Positions 26,190 to 38,201 of a DNA stretch of 64,000 bases are shown here, one piece after another. The stretch comes from Octopus sinensis (lineage: Eukaryota): NCBI RefSeq assembly GCF_006345805.1, contig NC_043011.1, positions 45,768,464-45,832,463 of the forward strand, in the 5' to 3' direction. The translations under genes were made by a program, and so were the position numbers. The notes beneath the pieces are model-generated. The model ran no database searches. It had not been told where the DNA came from and saw nothing but the letters and a program-made list of their open reading frames with translations. Numbering within the stretch: the first letter of the stretch is position 1; each line of letters begins with the position of its first letter.

Positions 26190-26556
26190 TTCAGTTATGA
26201 TTGGGCCATTCTTTTCCATCTTGACCCAAACTGCTTGACCAAATCACCTTCCCATTATCATGGCCTTTCAAGTGGCCTTTTCCAATCTCTTTGATACCAC
26301 TCGGCAATGGCACATGTCCAGCGGCTGTCTGTTTTTTTCTTACTCTGCAATCACACTGTTCACTCTGCTCTGCTCTTGAATTATCTCATTTTGAATGCGC
26401 TCTCTTAATGATACTTCCTAGCCTGGGTCTTTCCATGGCCTGTTGCATCATAGCCAATCGATGCTCCATCCCTTTTGTAATAGCTCACATCTCATTTTGA
26501 ATGTGCTCTCTTAATGATACTTCCTAGCCTGGGTCTTTCCATGGCCTGTTGCATCA
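26190..26556 (-). mobile_element. Decayed RTE LINE fragment, same type as 1015-1700, with an internal 106-bp-offset duplication
   Basis: Minus-strand translation includes QQAMER..LG and DSRWTCAIAEWYQRDWKRPL..P..W. Confidence 0.7.
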
Positions 26557-26805
26557 AGATAAAGGTTTGAACATTTTGTGGATTTGTAAGTTGTTTGCTA
26601 TTTGGGGTGAAAAGGAATTCTGTTGTTTTGGGGCTGTAATCTTCATCAGAGAAATCCTCATTGCTTCTTCAGTAAAGAATTCTATGTGGTACATTGAAAT
26701 TCATCTTGGCCAATGTAACAAAGACTCCTACAGTTTTGTAAACTTTACTAATTAAAGGGTTTGGCCTCATGCTAGACACTATTAATAGCCATTAATACTC
26801 TTTTC

Positions 26806-27212
26806 CTCTTTTACTTGTTTCAGTCATTTGACTGTGGCCATGCTGGAGCACCACCTTTAGTCGAGCAAATTGACCCCAGGACTTATTCTTTTGTAAGCCT
26901 GGTACTTATTCTATTGGTCTCTTTTGCCGATCCACTAAGTTATGGAGACGTAAACACATCGGTTGTCAAGTGATGTTGGGAGGGGGGACAAACACACACA
27001 CACAAACATATACACACATATACATATGTATATATATATACATATATACAACGGGTTTCTTTCAGTTTCCGTCTACCAAATGCACTCACAAGGCTTTGGT
27101 CGGCCCGAGGCTATAGTAGAAGACACTTGCCCATTGTGCCATGCAGTGGGACTGAACCTGGAACCATGTGGCTGGTAAGCAAGCTACTCACCACACAGCC
27201 ACTCCTGTGCCT
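26806..27212 (-). mobile_element. Family A SINE, full length
   Basis: Family match. Confidence 0.9.
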
Positions 27213-27984
27213 ATAATTAATGATGAGAATTATTGTAAATGATATATTTTTTAGAATATTTGCTTTAGATATTGGTTGCATATGAGTTAAGTTATTCTAA
27301 TGAAGTTTCTTTTGTGGAGATTTTATATTCAGAAACAAACATAAAAACTAAACAAAACAAAAAAATAAAAACAAACAAACTGTGAAAATCCATATTATAT
27401 TGACAAATATATTTACCTGAAACTCAAACCAGTGAATAGTCTTGCACTGTCAAGAATTCTTTAGATTATCTCTCTTGCCAGAAGCTTCACTGTCACAGAA
27501 ATTTGGTTAGATATCTTTCAATTTGCTCAGACAGTTAAACTCTTGCTTAAGGAAACGGTTTTCTCTGTTTCAGTAAGGGCTACTTGGCTGGAAAAGGTCA
27601 GTGAATTTAAAACAATTATTAGAATGCAACAGTCTTCTTTGATTTGGTGTTTGTCATTTCTGTCTGGAGAATTGTCATTATTGCTGTGGGGTGTTATTTG
27701 TATAGATTGGAGATGATGTGAATGTTGGGCTGGTTTATTGGTAGTAGTGGTGATGGTGGTGGAGGTGGTGGTGGTATGGGATAGGAAAGTATGTATTTTC
27801 TGTCACTGAAAGCACAGGATGGAATATAATCTGTTAATAAATTATAACCAACTGAACATGTGCCTCCTTTAGAGTGGAAACTTTGAAATGACTGAGCTGT
27901 GATCAGATGGAGTAGCTTTACTATTAATCCTCTTGGGACAGCCAGGTCGATTGATCAGCCCAAGTGATACAAGCTGAAAGGTCT

Positions 27985-28190
27985 TTGAGGCAAAATGCTT
28001 AGCAGTACTTCGTCTGCTGTTATGTTCTGAGTTCAAATTCCACCGAGGTCGACTTTGCCTTTCATCCTTTCGGGGTTGATAAATTAAGTACCAGTTATGC
28101 ACTGGGGTTGATGTAATCGACTTAATCCCTCTGTCTGTCCTTGTTTGTCCCCTCTATGTTTAGCCCCTTGTGGGCAATAAAGAAATAGGA
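27985..28190 (+). mobile_element. Family B SINE, 5'-truncated
   Basis: Family match. Confidence 0.85.
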
Positions 28191-28469
28191 AAGGACTTTG
28201 AGGTCGATCTGTTGGCCTGATGGAACAAATGCTGTGAATGGTTGGTTTTGAAGTGTAATAACTAATCAGTAGATGTATCTCAGTAGAATAAAAAAATTTT
28301 AGTCTTTTTTGGTTACGCATACTAAAACACTGTGTATCTCAGAAGGGTTAAAGAACATAATATATACAAAAATAATTCTGGTGATGGCAGGTTCAGGTTG
28401 TACATTCATAGAACAATGCATGATGTAGATGCTGAGAATGACTTCAAAATAAATGTTTTTTTTCTGCAT

Positions 28470-28660
28470 GTTAATAATTCATTGTTTAATGTGTTCGTTA
28501 AACAATCAATCTGTTGTTTGCTTATTTGTTCAAGTCCTTTCGTAGCTATTTGCGACCTCATCAATGACATACCCTCTCTCTTCAAGGTCTCACTCGAGTC
28601 TGTCTCAGAATTAGCTTTATGCCTCTGTGTGTGTGTGTATGTGGATATGTGGTGATAATA
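28470..28660 (-). mobile_element. Short dispersed element (family P2) with a decayed hammerhead-like motif at 28527-28569
   Basis: About 185 bp highly similar to 32075-32260. Confidence 0.55.
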
Positions 28661-29302
28661 TCTGCCTGTAACTGAATGTGGTTTTGAGTATAAATTGCAA
28701 GGTGATGTTTACTTTTTTTTTTTGTTAATTTGATTTGGTCTTTGATGTTTGTCAAAGTTTCAACATGGTCATTTTTATTTATCAAAGGATTAATACATAA
28801 GACAATCCTAAGTGGCTGAAAACACTATGGGGTTGAGATCAAATCATCCCACAGTTCTAATGGGGAGATTACGGAATACGCTGTAGAATGGGTATGCTCT
28901 GTTTGTATAAAGTGCTGAGATGAAATTGTCCTGAGGTCGAAGTAGGGAGACTACAGGATATAATACTGTTTAAAGGACACTTGGTTAGTAGAACACACTT
29001 GCTCAAGGTGACACACAGTCAGACTGAACCCAGAATCATGTGATTTGCAAACAGTAGAATAAGCACCAGGCTTTAAAAAAAGAAGTACTGGAGTTGATTC
29101 GTTTGACTAAAATTCTTCAAGGCAGTGCCCCAGCATGACCGCAGTCTAATGACTGAAACAAGTTAAAGATAACAGATAAAGGTTTCAACATTTTGTAGAT
29201 TTGTAAGTTCTGTGATATTTGGGGTGAAAAGGAATTCTGTTGTTTTGGGGCTGTAATCTTCATCAGAGAAATCCTCATTGCTTCTTCAGTAAAGAATTCT
29301 AT

Positions 29303-29542
29303 CATCATTTAACGTCCGCTTTCCATGCTAGCATGGGTTGGACGGTTCGATCGGGGATCTGGGAATCCAGAAGGCTGCACCAGGCTCCAGTCTTATCTGG
29401 CAATGTTTCTACAGCTGGATGCCCTTCCTAATGCCAACCACTCCGTGAGTGTAGTGGGTGCTTTTTACGTGCCACTTGCACAGGTGCCAGGTGAGGCTGG
29501 CATCAGCCACGGTCGGATTGGTGCATTTTACGTGCCACCGGC
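29303..29542 (-). mobile_element. Family C retroposon inserted in a locally duplicated segment
   Basis: The empty-site version of the flanks is at 26557-26721. Confidence 0.85.
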
Positions 29543-31479
29543 ATGTGGTACATTGAAATTCCTCATGGTCAATGTAACAAGGATATATGTATAAGATATA
29601 ATATATGTGTGTGTATACTCACACAAACATATTATATATTCACAGGTATGCACATAATGATAACCATTAAATTAGTTTTAGCAAGTATATCAAGAAATAT
29701 AAGGTTCACTTCATAAGCTTATTTTTATTGAGGAAAGTATATTCATTACCAGCCAGAACTGACAGAATATGAAGTAAAGTAAACTATTTCGACATAGAAC
29801 AAAATTAATGTTTAGGATTTTACATATATCTGGAATCAGACGATTCTTAAATTAGTCTTAGTTTGAGGATATTTTAGAAAATTACCTGTCTTTAACCATT
29901 TTAATAATTTCACTGCCTGTTTCGTTGACCTCCTCTTCACCTCCATCACCTAATCCATGTCTAATGAAATAAAGCAATACAAGACAGAAGAATGAAATTT
30001 ATTTATTAATACGGACTTAATTCCTGATCTTTGACAATGTATCTCATTTCCTAAGTTTCAGTGGTGTAATTCCAACATGATTGGTTAGTCAGCGCTTTGC
30101 ATGTTTATTCTAAGACTGAAGCAATATAAACGCTGAAACATTTGATAAAATTACAAGCAAGATATATTTTTCCATTAAATTTTAATTTGGAATGCTTACC
30201 TGCAGATGTAAATATTTACTTTTGGACAGATTTAAAGAGCTTTATTGGTACTAATCTTCTTACATTGCAATCTGAAGCTGTGTTTGACGATACTAGTTGC
30301 ACATGCTTCCAATGTGTTTGTCTTCATTACTTAATGCACACATATATGTATTTCTTAAGAGCTATATATCAGCATATATTTACTCCTATTTACATACACA
30401 TTCTCTCTCTCATACATACATACATGTATATGTATGTATAATATATATATATATATATGTATATATATGGGTGTGTGTGTATAATATAAATGTATATGTA
30501 TAAGATATAATATATAATATATATATATATGTGTGTGTGTACTCACATACAAACACATTATATATGCACAGGTATGCAAATAATGATAAGTATTAAATTA
30601 GTTTTAGCAGGTATATCAAGAAATATAAGTATTTGAATTAATTTTGCATTCTATGAAATACATTTGTGTAGGTATGAAAGCTGTTTACTATTCATTATTT
30701 CACCAAATTTTCCAAATTAGCTTTATTTAATGTATATGTCTATGCATACATACATACATGCATATATATATATATATTATATATATATATATACACGCAC
30801 ACACACATGCACGCACACATGTAAATGGTTGTTTCTCAGCCTAAATGAATGTTTCACCTTGATGTCTCCAGTTTACTGTCATGTATATGTGCATGTTTGT
30901 GCCTGGTGTGTGTCCGTGTGTCCGTGTGAGGGAATGAATTAAATAACATTGCTACATACTTTCAATTCATTAGCATTTCTTTCTTTTATACTTGTCTTTC
31001 TTGTTCACCATCGTCATCAGTATTAATTTAAGTGATATTTTTTCATCCATCACAAATAATTTGTAGTTGTGTATATTTGATTTGATATGGTTGGGATGTA
31101 GAGCAGAGGAGTGTGCGATGCTTTGAGTGAAGTCAAATTTATTTTCTAAATCTATTGGTTGCTGATGAGATTGCTGGTGAGATTGTTATTTGAATAAAAT
31201 TTTACTGTGTGTTACAATTGTTTTTTATGACAACTTCAGAGGGGGGAAAGTCAGTTTAAAATAATGTCTTGGACTTAAAAGCTACGATTGCATGATTGTC
31301 GATATCTAGCCTTGTGTTTCTCAGCCCATCTATTACCATTATGTACTTAGAAAACAAACAAAAATATTGCTGACACACTTCATACAGAAATTAAAAAATA
31401 CTGTTCTATATTTAAGAGATGAGGAATTATGTACATTATTTACATTCGATGGATGTTTGGCCTCATCTTGTTTGTTGTT

Positions 31480-31526
31480 AACACAATATTTCGGCTGAAT
31501 ATACCCTTCAGCCTTCATCAGCTGTC
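31480..31526 (-). ncRNA. Partly decayed minimal hammerhead-like motif
   Basis: gacag-CTGATGA-a-ggctgaa(gggtata)ttcagcc-GAAA-ta-T-T-gtgtt; perfect 7-bp stem II, first stem-I pair mismatched. Confidence 0.45.
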
Positions 31527-32016
31527 TTGGGGAAATTTCAAACCCGGGTTCTCATTCCTAAGGTATTTTTCCATGTTATTATTATTATTTCGTCTGCCAT
31601 TACGTTCTAAGTTCAAATTCCACCGATGTCTACTTTGCCTTTCATCCTTTCGTGGTCAATAAATAAAGTACATTGAACTGGGGTCGATGTAATTGACTTG
31701 ATTTCTTTGTCTGTCCTTGTTTGTTCCCTCTGTTTAGCCCCTTGTGGGCAATAAAGTAATATATTATTACTATTGTTAGTATTCAGGTCACTACTTGGAA
31801 TTGAACTCGGAATCTTGGGGTTTGTAGCCCGCGCTCTTAACCACTATACCATATTCCTGTGGTGAACTAACTTTGTATGGAAATCTAAAAAAAAAAGAAA
31901 GAAAACTTCAGTTTTGTATTTGGTTTGCAGGATTCTTGATGTGAAATCATGTGTTGAAACAAATCTTGTTGTGTTTTGGTAGGATCATTACACCAATAAC
32001 GATAAACACATGCACT

Positions 32017-32782
32017 GGTTCAATATCATTTCCTTTTGTTTTTTGTTATCTTTTAGATATCTAACCAACTAACTAATTCATTGTTTAATGTGTTCGTTAA
32101 ACAATCAATCTGTTGTTTGCTTATTTGTCAAAGTCCTTTCATAGCTATTTGCGACCTCATCAATGACATACCCTCTCTCTTCAAGGTCTGCCTTGTGTGT
32201 GTCTCAGAATTAGCTTTATGCTTTGTGTGTGTGTGTGTGTATGGTTATATGTATGTCTTTAGATATGTGGAGGTGCAATGGCCCAGTGGTTAGGGCAGTG
32301 GACTTGTGGTCGGAGGATCGCGGTTTCGATTCCCAGACCAGGCGTTGTGTGTGTTTATTGAGCGAAAACACCTAAAGCTCCACGAGGCTCCAGCAGGGGG
32401 TGGTGGCAACCCTTGTTGTACTCTTTTGCCCCAACTTTCACTCACTCTTTATTCCTGTTTCTTGAGTAATACTGTGATGGGGAATGCTGGGGGGAACACA
32501 TATGCCATAGAAACCGGGAAACCGGGCCCATGAGCCTGGCTAGGCTTGAAAAGGGTGCATAAATAAATAAAATGTAGATATGTGGTTGCTTACAAGGCCA
32601 GTGAGTTCAGGTGATGGGGTAAGTTGAATACATCAATCCCAGTGATGAAAGGACTATGACAAACAAACAACCGATTGTTTAACCAACAAATTAAAACAAA
32701 TGATTAATTAGTTGGTTAGATATTTAACCAATTGACTAAGAATAAAGAAGTGATACTGAACCAGTGCATGTGTTTGTTATTA
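32017..32782. mobile_element. Old foldback of family P2 (arms about 32017-32170 and 32645-32782) with later insertions in the loop
   Basis: Diverged inverted repeats; hammerhead-like motif at 32126-32168 (minus) and its GAAA-GGAC-..TGACAAA half at about 32647-32665 (plus). Confidence 0.55.
32268..32572 (+). mobile_element. Family E tRNA-derived SINE
   Basis: tggcccagtggttaggg (A box), ggtttcgattccc (B box), (aaat)n tail. Confidence 0.75.
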
Positions 32783-33668
32783 CTGGTGTAATGACCCACC
32801 CAAGACAATTGTGAAAAACTGCTTAAATGTAAAGTAAAGGCTATTTGCCAACATGACGTGGCTGTCCTGGAAGGGATGATGCTACTGTTGTTTAGTCCCA
32901 AGAAACATTGTTTCCAGTTGGCTATACGACACAATATCTGTGTCCTTATATTTTCGAACAGGGTGTTCAGCACTTCCATCCAACGCAAAACAACACCCGT
33001 GGACCGGTTTCGGGGTTAAATATTGGTCAATGACTAATTTGGTTAAATTCTGTTTAAATTTAATTTAATAAAAAATCCACTGTGTGTGTGTGTGTGTGTG
33101 TGTTTGTTTGTTTCTATGCTATGAAAGTTACTCATTTATGAGTGGTGGTATTGTCACTATTGTCTATGAGTCATCTGCTTACTTTGCACCTGACTTATGT
33201 TACAGACAGGAAGACACCTCCCCAAGGTGCCACATAGTGGGACTGAACCTGGAACCATGTGGTGAGGAAGTAAGCATCTTACCACACAACCACACCCGTG
33301 CCTATTTATAATGATGAGTATACTGAAACTATTTATGGAATTTGCAGTAGTGCGTGTCTGGGTATAAACTTCCCTCAGTAGTAATGATAAATGAAATACT
33401 AAGGAAGATTTTCCGTTTGTTGACATAGCAAGAAGAGAACTGTTTAGAAAGTAAATAATTCAGAAAGACTTTTCCTGCATGGCTGTGTGGGGAGAAGTTT
33501 GTATCTCAACCACATGGTTTAGAGCCTAGTCCTACTGTGTGACATCTTGGACAAGTGTCTTTCATGATAGCCAACCAAAGAAGCCTTGTGACTGGACTTG
33601 GTAGACAGAAACCAAAAGAAATCCATTGTGTGTATGTGTTTATATACATATATATATAATAATATAAA

Positions 33669-33995
33669 CAATTGTAGCGTAGATGGTGTTTATAAGCCAT
33701 TTAAAAAACACACAAAAACTGTTAGATTCACTTCAACATTTAAATCTAATTTGTCAAAATATTTTCATCGCTTTGAGACCGTGACCTGTTCATTGACAAA
33801 ATATTGTCAGTGAACAGGTCATGGTCTCAAAGCGACAAAAGTATTTTGACACTAATTGAATTTAGATGCTGAAGTGAATCTAATGGTTTTTGTGTGTTTT
33901 AAAATGGCTTATAAACACCTTCCATGCTGCAATTGCTTTTGTTTCAGCACACAATCTCAGATCAGGTCACTTGTTATACAAGTACCTCTCCATAA
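33669..33995. mobile_element. Foldback element P1 (arms 33669-33799 and 33804-33935, plus an unpaired 60-bp extension) following a family A head
   Basis: Inverted arms of about 130 bp with a 4-nt loop; homologous to 2433-2638. Confidence 0.85.
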
Positions 33996-34014
33996 TATAA
34001 ATAATGTATATATG

Positions 34015-34084
<70 letters not shown>

Positions 34085-34364
34085 CAGTAAAAAAGGGTAG
34101 AATTAATTAATTGTTAATCAATTCTACCAAGCAGTATTCGGTATGTAAAAGGACCATTTACGGTATATTTGAAGTATTAATTTATAAAAATATGGTAAAG
34201 TAAAAAAATTCACTTTACCGCACACCGAACTTTTCAGAAATAGCAGCCAAAAATTTGGCTATTTCTTCAACTGCAAATAAAAGTCTCCAGACAATGCATA
34301 CTCAGAAAATAACTCACATAGGTATAAGGGAAAAACAATGAAAGATCACATCCATATAAGATAC

Positions 34365-34424
34365 CCGAGAACAGCCTGTTTCTGGATTCGTGGGTTAAAT
34401 GCCACTTTTCCTTCATCAGCTCAG
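34365..34424 (-). ncRNA. Putative minimal type-I hammerhead ribozyme
   Basis: ctgag-CTGATGA-a-gga..gtgg(catttaac)ccac..tcc-a-GAAAC-aggct-GTT-ctcgg. Confidence 0.55.
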
Positions 34425-34942
34425 AGATTTCTTCTGATTTGGATTTGAAATATATATATATATATATATAGAATATCTATATTCCTTCCTGTGCTTGTTA
34501 ATTCTTATGTCCCTGCCGTAAGGCTTTACTTCCATACACGCCAGCTTAATTTAATTCGTCCTTAGTTGAAAAACACCTGTTGTTATGTCGTGTTATTTAT
34601 ATTTGTGTAACATTTCTGGGGGTTTTTTCCGTCCTTGTTTTGTATACATTTGCTGCTTTCTTCCAAGGAATGTAATGCGCTTAGCTTATTTTTCCTTGGG
34701 GCTGGCCAGATTGGACCAATCTTGAGTATAACCAGCCGAAATTGCAAAGATGATATGGAACTCAACTATGGATAGAAAACTCGGAATGATCCATCCTTGT
34801 TTTCCTTGTATCGTCTGTCTGGATATTTTGTTTTCTTTTTTTTGTTTCACCTAGCTGTCTGGATGTTTTGCATTCTTGTCTCATTTTTGTATTTCTTATA
34901 TATAAAATATAGTGGTGTACGTACACTTTGGTCTCTTATATA

Positions 34943-34995
<53 letters not shown>

Positions 34996-35093
34996 GTTCG
35001 AATATGAATGTGAAGCGGCCTGAGTGACAGAAACAACATCAAACACACATATACAGGATATGTGTGTTTGTCAGTTTGTGGACAGGCTGCAAA

Positions 35094-35144
35094 TGTAGGC
35101 ATAAGAGAAGATATTCTCATGAATTTGCCTGGTGTTAAAACACC

Positions 35145-35183
<39 letters not shown>

Positions 35184-35244
35184 AGGCATAAGAGAAGATA
35201 TTCTCATGAATTTGCCTGGTGCTAAAACACTGTATATATATATA

Positions 35245-35292
<48 letters not shown>

Positions 35293-35342
35293 TGTTTTAA
35301 CACCAGGCAAATTCATGAGAATATCTTCTCTTATGCCTACAA
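35094..35342. repeat. 51-bp unit in three copies (two direct, one inverted) separated by (TA)n
   Basis: 35094-35144 (+), 35181-35231 (+), 35291-35341 (-). Confidence 0.95.
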
Positions 35343-35353
35343 TATATATATAT

Positions 35354-35677
35354 GGCACCTGTGTCGGTGGCACATAAAAACACCATCCGAGCGTGGCCGT
35401 TCGCCAGCTTCGTCTGGCACCTGTGTCGGTGGCACATAAAAACACCATCCGAGCGTGGCCGTTCGCCAGCCTCGTCTGGCACCTGTGTCGGTGGCACATA
35501 AAATCACCCACTACACTCTCGGAGTGGTTGGCGTTAGGAAGGGCATCCAGCTGTAGAAACACTGCCAGATCTGACTGACCTGGTGCAGCCTTCGGGCTCC
35601 CCAGACCCCAGTTGAACCGTCCAACCCATGCTAGCATGGAAAGCAGACGTTAAATGATGATGATGATGATGATGATG

Positions 35678-35680
<3 letters not shown>
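35354..35680 (+). mobile_element. Family C retroposon with an internal 62-bp tandem repeat (about 2.4 copies)
   Basis: ggcacctgtgtcggtggcac starts at 35354, 35416 and 35478; (ATG)n tail. Confidence 0.9.
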
Positions 35681-35713
<33 letters not shown>

Positions 35714-35995
35714 CTGTGTTTCTTCACCAGCACTGCTTTACAGCTGGTATTGGTGTGTTTTTACACTGCCAAACTTAGCAGATCCTGCAAAAGAGAGGCT
35801 GATAGAACAAGTACCAGCCTTTACAAAAAGGTAAACACATAAATAAATACATATATAAATAAATAAATAAATAAGTACTGGTGTCGATTCATTCAACCAA
35901 AATTCTTCACGACAGTGCCCCAGTATGGCCACAGTCTAATGACTGAAACAAGTAAAAGCTAAAAGACGATGTGGTTAGAATGAAAATTTGATATG

Positions 35996-36395
35996 CGCAG
36001 GAGTGGCTGTGTGGTAAGTAGCTTGCTAACCAACCATATGGTTCCGGGTTCAATCCCACTGCGTGGCATCTTGGGCAAGTGTCTTCTGCTATAGCCCCGG
36101 GCCGACCAATGCCTTGTGAGTGGATTTGGTAGACGGAAACTGAAAGAAGCCTGTCGTATATATGTATATATGTATGTGTGTGTGTGTTTGTGTGTCTGTG
36201 TTTGTCCCCCTAGCATTGCTTGACAACCGATGCTGGTGTGTTTACGTCCCCGTCACCTAGCGGTTCGGCAAAAGAGACCGATAGAATAAGTACTGGGCTT
36301 ACAAAGAATAAGTCCCGGGGTCAATTTGCTCGACTAAAGGCGGTGCTCCAGCATGGCTACAGTCAAATGACTGAAACAAGTAAAAGAGTAAAGAG
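35996..36395 (+). mobile_element. Family A SINE, full length, close to consensus; a 3' half copy lies at 35700-35962
   Basis: Family match. Confidence 0.9.
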
Positions 36396-36896
36396 TAAAA
36401 CAGTATGTCTGGCAATTCCAGACATGCTAAATTAGTCATTGACCAATATTGGTTTCCCCTCAACATATATTCCTAGTTTGCAATTTTAGGCTCTGTGTAT
36501 TCTTTTGATGCCAACCCATTTGAGATTGCTATGAATTGTATGATACAAAATATCTGCTTTAAAGCTTAGCTAACTTGTAACCTTCCATCTAACGTTCATG
36601 TTAATTTATTTGATGATATAATTATTTTATTCGTAACATCATTATTTTTATAATTAATTGAAACAAAAGCAGTGTTTTGCAATAGAAATATTGTAACAAA
36701 AAAAACCCCCAAAAAATAAAAAAAAACAATTAAATCTGCTAACACTAATATTCCTATTGCTATCGCTGAATTAAGACATTGCTATGGTATTCGAAAACAG
36801 GACCCCTTCAGATTTATTTGACATTCCAGCATAATTTGGCTCCAAATGAATTACTTGATTTAGTGTTAAATTCTGTTAATACATAGAACTCTCTCG

Positions 36897-37498
36897 AGGG
36901 CGGTGAGCTGGCAGAATTGTTTGCACGCCGGGCTAAAATGCTTAGCGGTATTTCACCTGCCGTTACGTTCTGAGTTTAAATGCCACCGAAGTTGACTCTG
37001 CCTTTCATCCTTTCGTAGTCAATGAAATAAGTAACAGTTACGCATTGGGGTCGATATAATCGACTTAATCCATTTGTCTGTCCTTGTTTGTCCCTTCTGT
37101 GTTTAGCCCCTTGTGGGTAGTAAAGAAATTGGTATTTCATCTGTCGTTAGGCTCTGAGTTCAAATTCCACCGAAGTCGACCCTGCCTTTCATCCTTTCAG
37201 GGTCGATTAAATAAGTACCAGTTACACACTGGGGTCGATATAATCGACTTAATCCACTTGTCTGTCCTTGTTTGTCCTCTCTGTGTTTAGCCCCTTGTGG
37301 GTAGTAAAGAAATAGGTATTTCATCTGCTGTTAGGTTCTGAGTTCAAATTCCACCGAAGTTGACCCTGCCTTTTATCCTTTCGGGGTCGATTAAATAAGT
37401 ACTAGTTACACACTGGGGTCGATGTAATTGACTTAATCCTTTTGTCTGTCCTTGTTTGTCCCCTCTATCTTTAGCCCCTTGTGGGCAATAAAGAAATA
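36897..37498 (+). mobile_element. Family B SINE trimer (184-bp unit) with a single 14-bp TSD
   Basis: ggtatt junctions at 36947, 37131 and 37315; aatacatagaactc at 36878-36891 and 37499-37512. Confidence 0.9.
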
Positions 37499-37869
37499 AA
37501 TACATAGAACTCACTTTCACCTCTCTCTCTCTCGTCGCCCTCTCTTGCCCCCGCACTGCTGTAAGGCTGAGTTGGCAACTAAGTTTAAATGCATACATCA
37601 CAAAATTAAGGTTTTTACAGTTTTTATGAGTGATGCATGCTAATTCACAAAATAAAAATATATTCAAGATGCAGGAAGGAAAACTAAAAGGCAATCACTT
37701 AGAAATGTTATTTATAACCTGAAAGTATTTTCCTTGGTTAAAGGAAGGAAGCATTAATCGTTTTTCTGTGATCTGAACTAAGAGAGTGATAAAACGTTGA
37801 TAGATTCTCTTGGGAAGACCAACAGCCATGAAGTATGCTGTATTAGATTTTCTCAACAGTAATCTTTAT

Positions 37870-38166
37870 TGTTACGCACACACACATACACATATGCATA
37901 TATACATATACAGATAGAGAGACACATGTGTTTACACATCCATTTACACATAAAGTTACACACAATTAGTCATAAATCACTTAAGATATAGTAAGAAATA
38001 TTATATGCTTGCTGTTTTGAAAGTAGGTTGTATTGATGTGTGAGTGTGTGTGTGTGTGTGTGCATGTGTGGGGGCGTGTGCATGTATATACATGTGTGTG
38101 TGTGTGTGTATATCTATGTTTATGCATGTGTGTATATAAGTAAATATAGATATGCAAATATGTATA

Positions 38167-38201
<35 letters not shown>

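Noticed and set aside
27416-27593. Minus-strand segment with strong splice sites
   Set aside because: All frames are closed.
34225-34280. TTGAAGA plus hairpin plus GAAA on the minus strand
   Set aside because: Extra bases before GAAA and no stem I partner.
34690-34750. ggctgg...ccagcc-GAAA-ttgcaa, hammerhead-like 3' half
   Set aside because: No core upstream and no NUH after the palindrome.
35094-35342. CRISPR-like repeat-spacer pattern (also the family B arrays)
   Set aside because: Spacers are (TA)n or absent, one unit is inverted, the context is eukaryotic, and there are no cas genes.
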